A stretch of 64,000 nt of DNA, from NCBI RefSeq assembly GCF_963921235.1, contig NC_086108.1, positions 104,038,001 to 104,102,000 on the forward strand, in the 5' to 3' direction. The notes beneath the pieces are model-generated. The model saw only the letters and a list, made by a program, of their open reading frames with translations, searched no databases and was not told the DNA's origin. This DNA comes from Mobula hypostoma (Eukaryota). Positions 12,291 to 25,134 of the stretch are shown here, in pieces. Position numbers and translations under genes: made by a program. Position 1 is the first letter of the stretch, and each line of letters starts with the position of its first letter.

Positions 12291-13142
12291 AGATTTATTT
12301 AGGTATACGGTGGAATTTTCAGTTTGCTTTTACAACCAATTCACCTAAGGATGCGCTGGGGGCAACATGGAGTGTCGCCACACATTCTGGCGGCAACGTA
12401 GAGTGTCTACAATGCTCAGCAGAACAACACAGAACACAACAAGCAACAAAACAACAACATTAAAATAAGCTATGTTTTTCCTTAACCACCCCACCCCACC
12501 CCACCCACACATGCACGCAGGCAGTCCCCCCCAATCTCCAGCATAGGACTCCTGGCTTCAATTCTGTACTTCCGATTGATCATCAGCCTCTGATCTCAGA
12601 ATCCGGTTTAATATTACCGGCAGATGTATCATGAAATTTGTTGTACTTTGGTATCGACCCCGGACTGGCCGATGATGGGATCTCAAACTCCCAGCTGACT
12701 GGCCCTTGTGCCCCCTGCTCACAAAGGCCCGTCTGAACCTGGGACAGCCCGATACCCACGGATGTCCCTTGACATCTGTCCGAGCCGCTGGCTTTCGAGC
12801 AGATTGTTAATCATATTTCTTTCCACCCACCCACATCCCGCATTCAAATCTGGAGAGCCCTTTTCCCTGTGTTGGATTCTTAACCGGCAGTGTGGTAGTT
12901 TATCCTTGTGTGCAGTTCTACTACGGTACTGGCATCTGGGGCTGTATCACAAGTTAAGGGCTTTGACGTGATTTAATTGTAAGAAGATACAAGAGGTGCA
13001 ACATCAGGGTTTAGTTAGCAGTTTTATTTGTAACTTCTCAGTAGATGAAATGGATCTATCAATACTGATATAAATTACTAAGATCTAAAGATAAAGCAGA
13101 GTTTTTATTGCATATTGTCTGGAGAAAGTATTACTTTTTATT

Positions 13143-13148
13143 AATAAA
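13143..13148 (+). terminator. Candidate distal polyadenylation signal of DNAJB4
   Basis: AATAAA in an AT-rich non-repeat tract, followed ~25-45 nt later by U/GU-rich TTTCAGTTTCTTGTCTT. Confidence 0.45.
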
Positions 13149-13192
13149 TGCAATACGAAGATAGTTACATAGCTTTCAGTTTCTTGTCTTAA

Positions 13193-13450
13193 TACACTTA
13201 GAGGCCTCTATTAGATACACATGTACACCTTCTTATCTCATCAGTATCTCATCAGCCAATCATGTGGCAGCAACTCAATGTATAAAAGCATGCAGACATG
13301 GTCAAGAGGTTCAGTTGTTGTTCAGACCAAATATCAAAATGGGGGAAGGAATGTGATCGAAGTGACTTTGACCGTGCAATGATTGTTTGTCCAGACGGCT
13401 GGTTTGAGCAGCTCAGAACATGGAGTTTACACACACAACAGTCTCCTGAG
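13193..13450 (+). mobile_element. Tc1-like transposon left-end fragment
   Basis: Decayed TIR related to the 54465-55447 element; transposase N-terminus GKECDRSDFDRAMIV. Confidence 0.65.
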
Positions 13451-13800
13451 CAGTGTTTCCCAACGCCCCCCAAAGCACCTTCGTATTTGCCAAGGACCCT
13501 CTTTGGCACAATGTACTTTCCGGTGCCCCCATAGTGTAAAAACATGTCTACCATATGTGAACATGAGAAAAATGGTTCTGCTTTAAATTTTTATTTGTCT
13601 TTAAACCTGGCTTACACAGTACCTGTGCACTGTACGGCAGCTGCGATATCGATGTGGTCCTTGAGCGTGATGGTTTTTAGCAGGAGTTGAAATATCTGGT
13701 TCAAGTTGTGACGGCAAAAGCCTCAAGTCCCCATGCGTAACAATGTCCAAGCGGTTTCTGTTTTTTGTGAGTATGTGGGTCACTGTACTGAAGCCTCTTT
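13451..13800 (-). mobile_element. hAT (Buster/Charlie-like) transposon end with transposase C-terminal remnant
   Basis: TIR-like CAGTGTTTCCCAAC at 13451; minus-strand LTKNRNRLDIVTHGDLRLLPSQLEPDI...HHAQGPH resembles the hAT dimerisation-domain tail. Confidence 0.65.
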
Positions 13801-13824
13801 CAACAAGGTAGAAGCATGGAAATG

Positions 13825-14395
13825 CGATGTCCTGCCTTCTCCCCGTATCTATTCGTGCCCTGACCAGTCAAGAATCTGTCACCCTCTGCTTTAATTATAC
13901 ATGCAGGCTTGGCCTTCGCAGCTGCCTGTGGCAACAAATTCCACAGATTCACCACTCTCTGGCTAAAGAAATTCCTCCTCACCTCCATTCTAAAAGGACA
14001 CCCCTCTATTCTGAGGCTGTGTCTTCTGGTCTTAGGCTCTCCCTCCATAGGAAACATCCTCTCCACATCCACTCCATCAAGGCCTTTCACCATGAGGTCA
14101 CCCCTCATTCTCCCGAGTTCAAGTGAATACAGGCCCAGAGCTGTCAAATGCTCTTCATATGACAAACCATTAAATCCTGGAATGATCTTCGTGAACCTCC
14201 TTTGAACCTTCTTCAGTTTCAGTACATCCTTTCTAAGATAAGAAGCTCAAACCTGCTCATGGTACTCCAAGTGAGGCCTCAAGAGTGCTTTATAAAGTCT
14301 CAACATTACATCCTTGCTTTTATATTCTTGTCCTCTTGATATGAATGCTAACATTGCATTTACCTTCCTCACTACAGTCTTGACCTGCAAATTAA
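13825..14395 (-). mobile_element. CR1 LINE 3' fragment
   Basis: LGLYSLE...RRNFFSQRVVNLWNLLP in ORF 13800..14165. Confidence 0.8.
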
Positions 14396-17300
14396 CATAG
14401 AAAAACCTACATCACAATACAGGCCCTTCATTCCACAATGCTGTGCAGAACATGTATTTACTTTAGAAATTACCTAGGGTTACCCACAGCCCTCTATTTT
14501 TCTAAGCTCCATGTTCCTCTCCAGGAGTCTCTTAAAAGACCCTATCGTAGCTGCCTCCACCACCGTTGCCAGCAGCCCATTCCACGCACTCACCACATTC
14601 TGTGTAAAAAAACTTACCCTTGATGTCCCCTCTGTACCTACTTCCAAGCACCTTAAAACTGTGCTCTCTCGCGTTAGCCATTTCAGCCCTGATAAAAAGC
14701 CTCTAATTATCCACACGACCAATGCCTCTCATCATCTTATACACCTCTATCAGGTCACCTCCCATCCTCCGTCACTCCAAGGAGAAAAGGCCGAGTTCAC
14801 TCAACCTATTCTCATAAGGCATGCTCCCCAATCCAGCCAACTTCCTTGTAAATCTCCTCTGCACACTTCCTATAGTTTCCACATCCTTCCTGTAGTGAGG
14901 TGACCAGAACTGAGCACAGTACTCCAAATGGGGTCTGACCAGGGTCCTATATAGCTGTAGCATTACCTCTCGGCTCTTAAACTCAATCCCACGGTTGATG
15001 AAGGCCAATGCACCATATGCCTTCTTAACCACAGAGTCAACCCGCGCAGCAGCTTTGAGTGCCCTATGGACTCGGACCCCAAGATCCCTCTGATCCTCCA
15101 CACTGCCAAGAGTCTTACCATTAATACTATATTCTGCCATCATATTTGACCTACCAAAATGAACCACTTCACACTTAACTGGGTTGAACTCCATCTGCCA
15201 CTTCTCAGCCCAGTTTTGCATACTATCAATGTCCTGCTGTAACCTCTGACAGCCCTGCACACTGTCCAAAACATCTCCAACCTTTGTGTCATAAGCAAAT
15301 TTACTAACCCATCCTTCCATTTTCTCATCCAGGTCATTTATAAAAATCACGAAGAGAAGGGGTCCCAGAACAGATCCCTGAGGCACACCACTGGTCACCG
15401 GCCTCCATGCAGAATGTGACCCATCTACAACCACTCTTTGCTTCTGTGGGCAAGCCAATTCTGGATCCATAAAGTAAGGTCCCCTTGGATCCCATGTCTC
15501 CTTACTTTCTCAATAAGCCTTGCATGGGATACCTTATCAAAAGCCTTGTTGAAATCCATATACACTACAGCTACTGCTCTACCTTCATCAATGTGTTTAG
15601 TCACATCCTCAAAAAATTCAATCAGGCTCGTAAGGCACGACCTGCCTTTGACAAAGCCATGCTGACTATTCCTAATCATATTATGTTTCTTATGTCAAAT
15701 GTTCATAAATCTTGCCTCTCAGGATCTTCTCCATCAACTTAACAACCACTGAAGTAAGACTCACTGGTCCATTATTTCCTGCACTATCTTACTCCCTTTC
15801 TTGAATAAGGGAACACATCTGCAACCCTCCAATCCTTCAGAACCTCTCCCATCCCCATTGATGATGCAAAAATCATTGCCAGAGGCTCAGCAATCTCTTC
15901 CTTCGCCTCCCACAGTAGCCTGGGATACATCTCATCCGGTCCCGGAGACTTATCCAATGATGCTTTCCAAAAGTTCCAGCACATCCTCTTTCTTAATGTT
16001 TATATGCTCAAGCTTTTCAAACCTCTATAAGTCATCCCTACCATTGCCAAGATCCTTTTCCATAGTGAATACTGAAACAAAGTATTCATTAAGTATCTCT
16101 GCTATCTCTTCTGGTTCCATACACACTTTTCCATTGTCACACTAGATTGGTCCTATTCTCTCATGTCTTATCCTCTTGCTCTTCACATATTTGTAGAATG
16201 CCTTGGGGCTTTCCTTAATCCTGTCTGCCAAGGCCTTCTCATGGCCCCTTCTGGCTCTCCTAATTTCATTCTTAACTCCTTCCTGCTTGCCTTATAATCT
16301 TCGAGATCTCTATCATTACTAGATTTTTGAACCTTTCATAGGTTTTTCTTTTCTTCTTGACAAGATTTACAACAGCCTTTGTACACCACGGTTCCTGTAC
16401 CCTACCATTCTTTCCCTGTCTCATTGGAACATACCTATGCAGAGTGCCAGCAAATATCCCCTGAATATTTGCCACATTTCTGCAATACATTTCCCTGAGT
16501 ACATCTGTTCCCAATTTATGCTTCCAAGTTCCTGCCTGATAGCTTCATATTTCCCTTTACTCCAATTAAACGCTTTCCGAACTTGTCTGTTCCTATCCCT
16601 CTCCAATGCTATGGTAAAGGAGATAGAACTGTGATCGCTATCTCCAAAATGCTCTCCCACCGAGAGACTTGACACCCGACCAGGTTCATTTCCCAATACC
16701 AGATCATGTACAACCTCTCCTCTTGTAGGCTTATCTACATATTGTGTCAAGAAACCTTCCTGAACACACCTAACAAACTCCATTCTATCTAAACCCCTTG
16801 CTCTAGGGAGATGCCGATCACTATTTGGGAAATTAAAATCTTCCACCATGACAACTCTGTTATTATTACACCTTTCCAGAATCTGTCTCCCTATCTGCTC
16901 CTTGATGTCCCTTTTACTATTGGATTGTCTATAAAAACACCCAGTAGAGTTATTGACCCTTTCCTGCTTTTAACTTCCACCCACAGAGACTCAGCAGACA
17001 ATTTCTCCATGACTTCCTCCTTTTCTGCAGCTGTGACACTATCTCTGATCAACAATGCCATGCCCCCACCTCTTTTGGCTCACTCCCTGTCCTTTCTGAA
17101 ACATCTAAAACCTGGCACTCGAAGTAACCATTCCTGCCTCTGAGTCATCCAAGTCTCAGTAATGGCCACAACATCATAGTTCCAAGTACTGATCCATGCT
17201 CTAAGCTCATCTGCTTTGTTCATGATGTTTCTTGCATTAAAATAGACACATCTCAAACTGTCGATCTGAGCGCATCCCTTCTCTATCCTCCCTCTCGCAC

Positions 17301-18590
17301 TGTCTCCAAGCTTTCTCTATTTGTGAGCCAACAGCCCCTTCCTCCGCCTCTTCAGTTCGGTTCCACCCCCCAGCAATTCTAATTTAAACTCTCCCCAATA
17401 GCCTTAGCAAACCTCCCTGCCAGGATACTGGTCCCCTTCAGATTCAAATGCAACCTGTCCTTTTTGTGCAGGTTGCGCCTGCCCCAAAAGAGGTCCCAAT
17501 GATCCAGAAATCTGATTCCCTGTCCCCTACTCCAATCCCTCAGCCATGCATTTATCCTCCACCTCATTCTATTTCTATACTCACTGTCGTGTGGCACAGG
17601 CAGTAATCCTGAGATTACTACCTTTGAGGTCTTGCTTCTCAAACTCTTCCTAACTCCCTGTAGTATGTTATCAGGACCTCCTCCCTTTTCCTATCTATGT
17701 CGTTGGTATCAATATGTACCACGACCCCTGGGTGTTCACCTTCCCACTTCAGGATATTGTGGACGCGATCAGAAACATCCCAGACCCTGGCACCTGGGAG
17801 GCAAACTACCATCCGCGTTTCTTTCCTGCATCCACAGAATCACCTGTCTGACCCCCTAACTATAGAGTTCCCTATTACTGCTACCATCCTCTTCCTTTCC
17901 CTACCCTCCTGAGCCACAGGGACAGACTCTGTGCCAGAGGTGTGGCCACTGTTGCTTCCCCCAGGTAGGTTGTCACCCAACAGTACTCAAACAGGAGTAC
18001 TTATTGTTAAGTGGGACAGCCACAGGGGTACTCTCTAGTATCTAACTCTTCCCCTTCCCTCTCCTGACTGCTACCCACTTTCTGTCTCTCGAGGCCCCAG
18101 TGTGACTACTTGCCTATAGCTCCTCTTTATCACCTCCTCGCTTTCCCTGACCGGATGAAGGTCATTGAGGTGCAGCATTAGATCCCTAACCTGGTCCCTA
18201 AGGCTATCGCTCAATGTACCTGGTGTAGATGTGGCCATCTGGGAGGCTGGGAGTCTCCTGGATTTCCCACATCTGACACCCAGTGTAGAGCACTGGCCTC
18301 ACAGACATTCTTCCTGTTTCTATTCTTCACAGGTAACCTACCTCACCTCAACCTGTTATCATCAAAGCCCTATTGAGCCAAAGCCTTCCGACTCTGACTC
18401 CCTCTACTCTGTCACCTGCTCCTCTGATGCCCGCTCTATAAAGCTGTCTCCTTTTAAACTCTTCACGCTGGTCTAACTCGTTGACGTCCACGCACTCGCG
18501 CAGTCGTCTCTTGATCAAACCGCTGAAGAAAAAACTATCTCCTTTTAAACTCTTTGTGCTGGTATAACTCGCTGACGTCCACACGCAATT
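14396..18590 (-). mobile_element. Near full-length, frameshifted CR1 LINE (5'UTR, esterase ORF1, APE-RT ORF2, 3' tail)
   Basis: ORF1 SGNH-esterase-like KVVISGLLPVP...FLDHWDLFW...LHLN (17379..17642); endonuclease DFNFP...DHSSISF (16421..16849); KSPGPD, QHGFVKGRSCLT, DFNKAFDKV, GVPQGSVLGPLLF, FAYDTK RT motifs in several frames. Confidence 0.9.
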
Positions 18591-19960
18591 TTCCAGTCTT
18601 CCGGAACCATTCTCAAATCTAGTGATTCTTGAAAGAATATTGGTATTGCCTCTTCGGAGTCTTCAGCCACCTCTTTCAGAACTCTGGGGTGTACACCATC
18701 CGGTCCAGGTGACTTATCTACCTTCAGGCATTTCAGTTTCCCAAGAACCTTCTCCCTGGTAATGGTAACTTCACACAGTTCATGTCCCCTGACACTATAC
18801 TGCTAGTGTCTTCTATAGTGAAGACTAATGCAAAATACTCACTCAGTTCATCCACCATTTCTTTGTTCCCTGTTATTACCTCCCCAGCATTGTTTTCCAG
18901 CGGTCTGATACCCAATTTCATCTCTCTTTTACACCTGAAAAAACTTTTGGTATCCTCTTTAATATTATTGGCTAGCTTACTTTCATATTCCATTTTTACC
19001 TTCTTAATTAATTTTTCACTTGCCTTCTGTTGGTATTTGAAAGCTTCTCAATCCTCCAACCACACAATGTTTTGCTCTATTATATGCTCTCACTTTGACC
19101 TTTATGTTGGCTTTGACTTCTCTTGTTAGCCACCATTGTGCCATCTTTCTTTTAGAATACCTCTTCCTCTTTGGGATGTATATATCCTGTGACTTCTGAT
19201 TTGCTTCCAGAAATTCCACCCATTGTTGCTCTGTTGTCATCCCTGCCAGTGTTTTATTCCATTCAATCCTGGCCAACTCCTCTCTCAAGCCACATCAGGA
19301 AAAAAACCTGTAGAAACACACAAAACACACAAAATGCTGGAGGATCTCAGCAGGCCAGGCAGCATCTATGAAAATGAGTATGGTTGACGTTCATTGGTTT
19401 CAACTGGAAATGTCGACTGTACTCTTTTCCACCTTCCAACACCTTCCAACCCATGTCACCTCAATGCTTTGATTTCATTTTATACCAACAGAGCAACACC
19501 ATCCCTTCTGCCCTGCTGCCTAGCCTTCTGATGCAAGGTTTATCTTTGGACATTAAGCTCTCAGCTAGAACTTACTTTCAGCCATGATTCAGTAATGCCT
19601 ACAAAATCATACATGCCAATCTATAATTGCGCTGTAAGTTCATCTCTCTTATTCCATATACTGCGCACATTCAAATATAACACCTTCAGTCCTGTGTTCA
19701 CCTTTTCATAATGTTGACTGTGATTGTCAGCCTCTCCCAGCTAGGAGTCTCACTACACATTGCCTCTGCTTGTAACCCAACTATCTCATCTTCAGCACTA
19801 TCACTCCAGTTCCCATACCCCTGCCAAATTAGTTTAAACTCACCCAAACAACTCTAGCCAACCTGCCAGAAAGGATATTGAGCCCGCACCCCCCCCCGGT
19901 TCAGGTGTAACCCATTCCGCTTGTACAGGTCATACCTTCCCTAAAGGAGATCCCAATGAC
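18590..19960 (-). mobile_element. Older CR1 internal fragments (ORF2 linker and ORF1 end); more ORF1 sequence resumes at ~23085-23300
   Basis: EYESKLANNIKEDTKSFF...ELSEYFALVFT; REELARIEW...; ORF1-like sequence on both sides of the RTE. Confidence 0.7.
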
Positions 19961-22900
19961 TGCTCAGCTCTGAGACCCTTTCTGCGAGCAGCTGAAGCCA
20001 CTTCAGGGAGACTCCCATGACCCTGAGAAGAGAGGTGCTACGATAGTTGTTACAGTTGCTCCCGTCACCCTTGTTCTTGTAGAGAGTGGCGATGTTTGTA
20101 TCCCTCATGTCTTGGGATATGCTGCCTTCTCTCCAACACTGGCAGAAGATGGTGCAGCTCTGGGATGAAGGCACCCGTGGCACATTTGAGAACCTCAGAA
20201 AGAATGCCATCTTTTCTGGTGCTTTCCCAGAAGAGAGCTTCCAGTCCCTCGCTGAGTTCCTCTGGTGTGGGGTCTATATCTGATACAGTAGAGGGGTAGG
20301 TAAATATGGGTATAGACTAAGATCAATGATTAGCTAATGATCAATACTGTTGCTGGGCAAGTGAGAAAGAAACCCTACCCAGCAACAGGTGACGTACTAG
20401 ACATCGTTCTCTCAAAATACAAAAGCATCTCAAGGTATAACTAAATATGGGAAGGATAGCGTAGGGGACAGAATGTTTGAGAGAAAGAGGAAGGTGTCAA
20501 TATAAGGAACTGATGTTGTATCCAGGCTAGCTTTGGCAGAAAATAATTATAACTAACCAATGATGATTGTACATCTAATAGTATATTAACATGTGATCGA
20601 AACTATTCTAAAACTGTCTTAACTCGCGTAATTATAAGATTTCCTGCCTACGTGATGATCAATGTTATAAATTGTGAAGAATTGTGATTCGGGGGAGGAT
20701 AGTGCTCGGACTGGCTCTTTGAGAGATCAGTCTGTAGCTTCCCCCGTAGCATGCTATGAATAAAGAGTAAAGTTTGATAAAGTATTGTTTGTTTTATTGT
20801 GTTCGTGGTACTTGCGCTCTTGCATTGGGTTGATCCACCTTGACATATCAAGTGGGATCATGGTAGGCAGAAGTTCAATGGTGTTCAGAGCTTCATCTGT
20901 AACCACTCTCTGACATACAGCTCCGAGTTACGTTCTACCCAGCGTTCCAGCTGTTGTGTTCTGTCCTTGATGACCTCTTCCATTGACGACTTTAGTGGGG
21001 CAGTCTTGCTCTGTAATGGACCAATGGCTTGCTCGGTTCCGTCGTACGTTCCTCTGAGGTAGCCAGTGCCAACACCATCCTGGAGCCAGTAGTCACTGGC
21101 ACACCGCCTGGCCGCCTGTTGAACTTTGTTCCCGGTAGAATGGAGCACTTGCAGGTTCTTCTCGCTGGGAAAGGACTTGTACGCTGTCCGTGCTTTTCTC
21201 TTCTCCTCAAGCAGAGGCAACAGCACTTCAGAGTGGGCCTCAAACCAGTCAGCAGGCTTGACCGTCTTTTTTCCGAAGGTGGTTATCGCAGTGTTGTAGA
21301 TGGTGTCCCGCAGGTTTTCCCATCTCCTGCTGACATTGGTGTTGGGAGAGCTGGGCAGAGTTTCCTCCAGGTCTTGCACAAACTCGGCTCCCTTACAGTA
21401 TCACGAGTATTGCTGGTGTGAATGCATTGCCCCCCCCCTTCCCTTCTGGAACGATGAAGTCTTCTCGGCTGAAGTTTTACCTCGCTGCACACACGGGAGT
21501 GGTCAGTGTCGCAATCTGCACTCTGGTAACCGTGTGCCACCTTGACAGTCTGAAGACTGCTGAGTCTTGCGAGGATGAGATCAAGTCGGTGATAATGTTT
21601 GGACCTCGGATGTCTCCATGACACTTTGTGCTGAGGCTTGGTGCTGAAGGCAGTGTGAGTGATACCGAGGTCATGTTGGCAGCAGAGATCAAGGCGGCGC
21701 TGGCTGTTTTCATTCATCTTTCCAGTTCTGAACTGTCCCATTCAGGAGGGCCAGCTGTGGTAGTTGCTGCCAACTCTTGCGTTAAAGTCACTGAGAATGA
21801 ATAGTGGATCTTGAGAAGGGAATTCTTTGATGGCAGCGCTGAGTTCATCATAGAACTTGTCCTTAGCTTCCTGGGCAGAGGTTAATGTAGGCGTATAAGC
21901 ACTGATAATGCTAACCAGGCCCACAGAAGCTGAATCCTGAGCAGTCTTTCAGTTCCTTCAGTTGGTGGTATGATGGCGCCAACTAGACTGTCTCTTAAGG
22001 CGAAGCGAACACCATGCTCCCAGGGCTCTTCTGGTGGCTTTCCATGCCAGGTGAAGGAGAAGTCTTCCTCTCGAAGGCTTCCTGAGGAAGAGAGCCTTGT
22101 TTCCTGAAGGGTGACGGTGTCCATCTGTAGTCTGTTCAGTTTGTTGTTGATGACTGCAGTCTTGCGGGTGTCACTCATATCCTGCAGGTCTTCTGTAAGG
22201 CCTGGTGTCATGGTCCATACATTCCACATACCTGTCTTGAGGGCTGGATATTTTTGACGTTTCCTTTTGTTGCCAGGTGCAAGGTTATCGATCCACCTGC
22301 CGGGGGTTCCCTGAGCCCCACATACCCAGTGGAGCAAATGGACTGTAATGAGGCAGCACCGATTTGACTGGGCACTGCCCAGCTTGAGGTGGGTGGTAGC
22401 TGCCCAGTGAGGTCCGAGGACCTCTCCCAAAGTTAGAAGCAGACCTTGGCGCCTCGCCCTACACCAATCGAGTGCAGCGGCTTATCATTGGTAACTGCTG
22501 CTTCCCGTGTTGTGTCAACGCTGACTAGCGACGCTGGAGTGCCCTCTCCAGGGCGCAAGCCTGAGTGGGAAGGTTTGAAGAACCGGCTGTTGCCCATGCA
22601 GCGTGTTCCCCCTCTCCACGTCACTGACGTAGTCCAAGGGAAGGGCAAGCGCCGATACAGCTTGGCACCAGTGTCGTCCCAGAGGTTGCCAGAGTGAAGT
22701 TGTAAACAACATCAAAGTGCTTTAGGGACCCCAGCTCTGGATTTCTTCCTTGGGGTTTACCCCTGCAGACTTTTCCATGGGTGGATATGGCCGCAAGGCA
22801 GCAGAGATTTAAAATCAGAGTTTTCCTTCTGCTAGACGGGCTGCCGTCCAAGGCTGACAGGCCCCACCTGAGTGAAGCCACTGGTTTTGAGGCACCAGTG

Positions 22901-23080
22901 GTCCGCCTTTGTCCCTTCTTGTCAGTAGAAACAGTTCCGCCAGGCCTAGTAGCTAAACCACATGTGAAGGCCAAGAGTGGGGCTTGGTTGTCAGAGGCTG
23001 TTGGAGATGCACACCATTTGGAGGAATTTATGGGTAGTGCTTGTCACGCCTCCGGCTATGACAACCTTAGGAACTGCCCT
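19960..23080 (-). mobile_element. RTE-clade LINE, 5' half (long 5'UTR, APE endonuclease, start of RT), disrupted
   Basis: GMWNVWTM...LQETRL, ISAYTPT, SDFNARVG, WRHPRSKHYHRLDLIL, ADCDTDHS, LYKNKGDGSNCNNYR in ORFs 21882..22430, 21742..21924, 21283..21741 and 19941..20210. Confidence 0.85.
20281..20845 (+). mobile_element. Solo LTR (ERV- or Gypsy-type) inserted in the RTE
   Basis: 5'-TG...CA-3' termini; 4-bp TSD TATC (20277-20280 and 20846-20849); internal TTATAAA (~20665) then AATAAA (20759); excision rejoins RTE coding sequence. Confidence 0.75.
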
Positions 23081-23619
23081 GAACATATCACCTTCTCATT
23101 CTCCCACACGAGTCGAGGGTCATCTAGCTGCAGCTCCAATTCCTTAATACGATTTTTCAGGAGATGGAACTCGAGCACCTAAGTGCTGATGTGTTTATCT
23201 GGGAGGCTGGAGGCATCCCAGTCTTGCTACATCCCACACAGAGTAGAAAACACTGGCCTTTGATCCATTCTCTCTAATCTACTATGCTCTAACAGATGAG
23301 GAATGAACAAATAAGGAGAGAGAGAGAGAGAGAATGAGAGATCAAACAGTGTACTTCACCCAAACCTGATCTCACCTGAGCCTAAAGAGCAAAGGCCACT
23401 CTGAACACTGGCACACTAAAGTTTGGCTGCCCAAAGAATGGCTGCTCCATTTGCACCTCAATTATTCTTGTTGTCCCTTTGTAATGAATCCTTCTCGCTG
23501 AGTAGTTGCTCTTCAACTCAGAGAAAGAGTGGCAAAGTTCTGCCTTCAAAATCTCGATCGCCACCCTGATTAAAAAGTAGCTCTTTTGACGCACCCCTGG
23601 TGTGGATTGTCCAACTCAG

Positions 23620-25090
23620 ATATCAGAATCAGGTTTATTATCACCGGCATGTGTCGTGAAATTTATTAGCTTAGTAGCAGCTGTTCAATGCAATACATAA
23701 TATAGAAGAAAAATAAATAAATCAATTACACTATACTGTATTGAATAGATTAAAAATTGTGCAAAAAACAGTAATAATATATATAAAAAAAGAGAGGTAG
23801 CATTCAAGGATTCAATGTCCATTTAGGAATCGTTTGGCAGAGGGGAAGAAGCTGTTCCTGAATCACTGAGTGTGTGCCTTCAGGCTTCTGTACCTCCTGC
23901 CTGATGGTAACAGTGAGAAAAGGGCACGCCCTGGGTGCTGGAGGTCCTTAATAATGGACGCTGCCTTTCTGAGACACTGTTTCTTGAAGATGTCCTGGGT
24001 ACTTTGTAGGCTAGTACCCAAGGTGGAGCCGACTAGATTTTCAACCTTCTGCAGCTTCTTTTGGCCCTGTGCAGTAACCCCTCCATACCAGACAGTGATG
24101 CAGCCTGTCAGAATGCTCTCCACGGTACAACTATAGAAGTTTTTGAGTGTATTTGTTGACAGACCAAATCTCTTCAAACTCCTAATGAAGTATAGTTGCT
24201 GTCTTGCCTTCTTTATAACTGCATCAATATGTTGGGACCAGGTTAGATCCTCAGAGATCTTGACACTCAAGAACTTGAAACTGTTCACTCTCTCCACGTC
24301 TGCTCCCTCTATGAGGATTGGTATGTGTTCCTTTGTCTTACCCTTCCTGAAGTCCACAATCAGCTCTTTCATCTTACTGATGTTGAGTGCCAGGTTGTTG
24401 CTGTGACACCACTCCACTAGTTGGCATATCTCACTCCTGTATGCCCTCTCATCTCCAACTAAGATTCTACCAACAATGGTTGTATCATCAGCCAATTTAT
24501 AGATGGTATTTGAGTTATGCCTAGCTACACAGTCATAGGTATAGAGGGAGTAGAGCAGTGGGCTAAGCACATACCCCTGAGGTGCACCAGTGTTGGTCGT
24601 CAGTGAGGAGGAGATGTTTTCACCAATCCGCACAGATTGTGGTCTTCCAGTTAGGAAGTCGAGGATCCAATTGCAGTTGGAGGTACAGAAGCCCACGTTC
24701 TTTAACTTCTCAATCAGGATTGTGGGAATGATGTCATTAAATGTTGAGCTATAGTCGATGAACAGCATCCTGATGTAGATGCTTGTGTTGTCCAGGTGGT
24801 CTAAATCCATGTGAAAAGCCATTGAGATTGCATCTGCCATTGACCTATTGTGACGATGGGCAAATTGCAATGGGTCCAGGTACTTGCTGAGGCAGGAGTT
24901 CAGTCTAGTCATGACCAACCTCTCAAAGCATTTCATCACTGTAGATGTAAGAGCTACCGGACAATAGTCATTAAAGCAGGTCATATTATTTTTCTTAGGC
25001 ACTGGTATAATTGTTGCCTTTTTGAAGCAAGAGGGAACTTCCACCCATAGCAGTGAGAGGTTGAAAATGTCCTTAAATACAACCCCCAGT
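23620..25090 (-). mobile_element. Rex1/Babar-type LINE, 5'-truncated, 393-aa open RT frame
   Basis: ORF 23863..25044: [54 protein letters not shown]; tail AATAAACCTGATTCTGA. Confidence 0.88.
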
Positions 25091-25134
25091 TAGTTGGCCA
25101 GATATTGTACAAAGCAATATAGTAAACTAGATCA

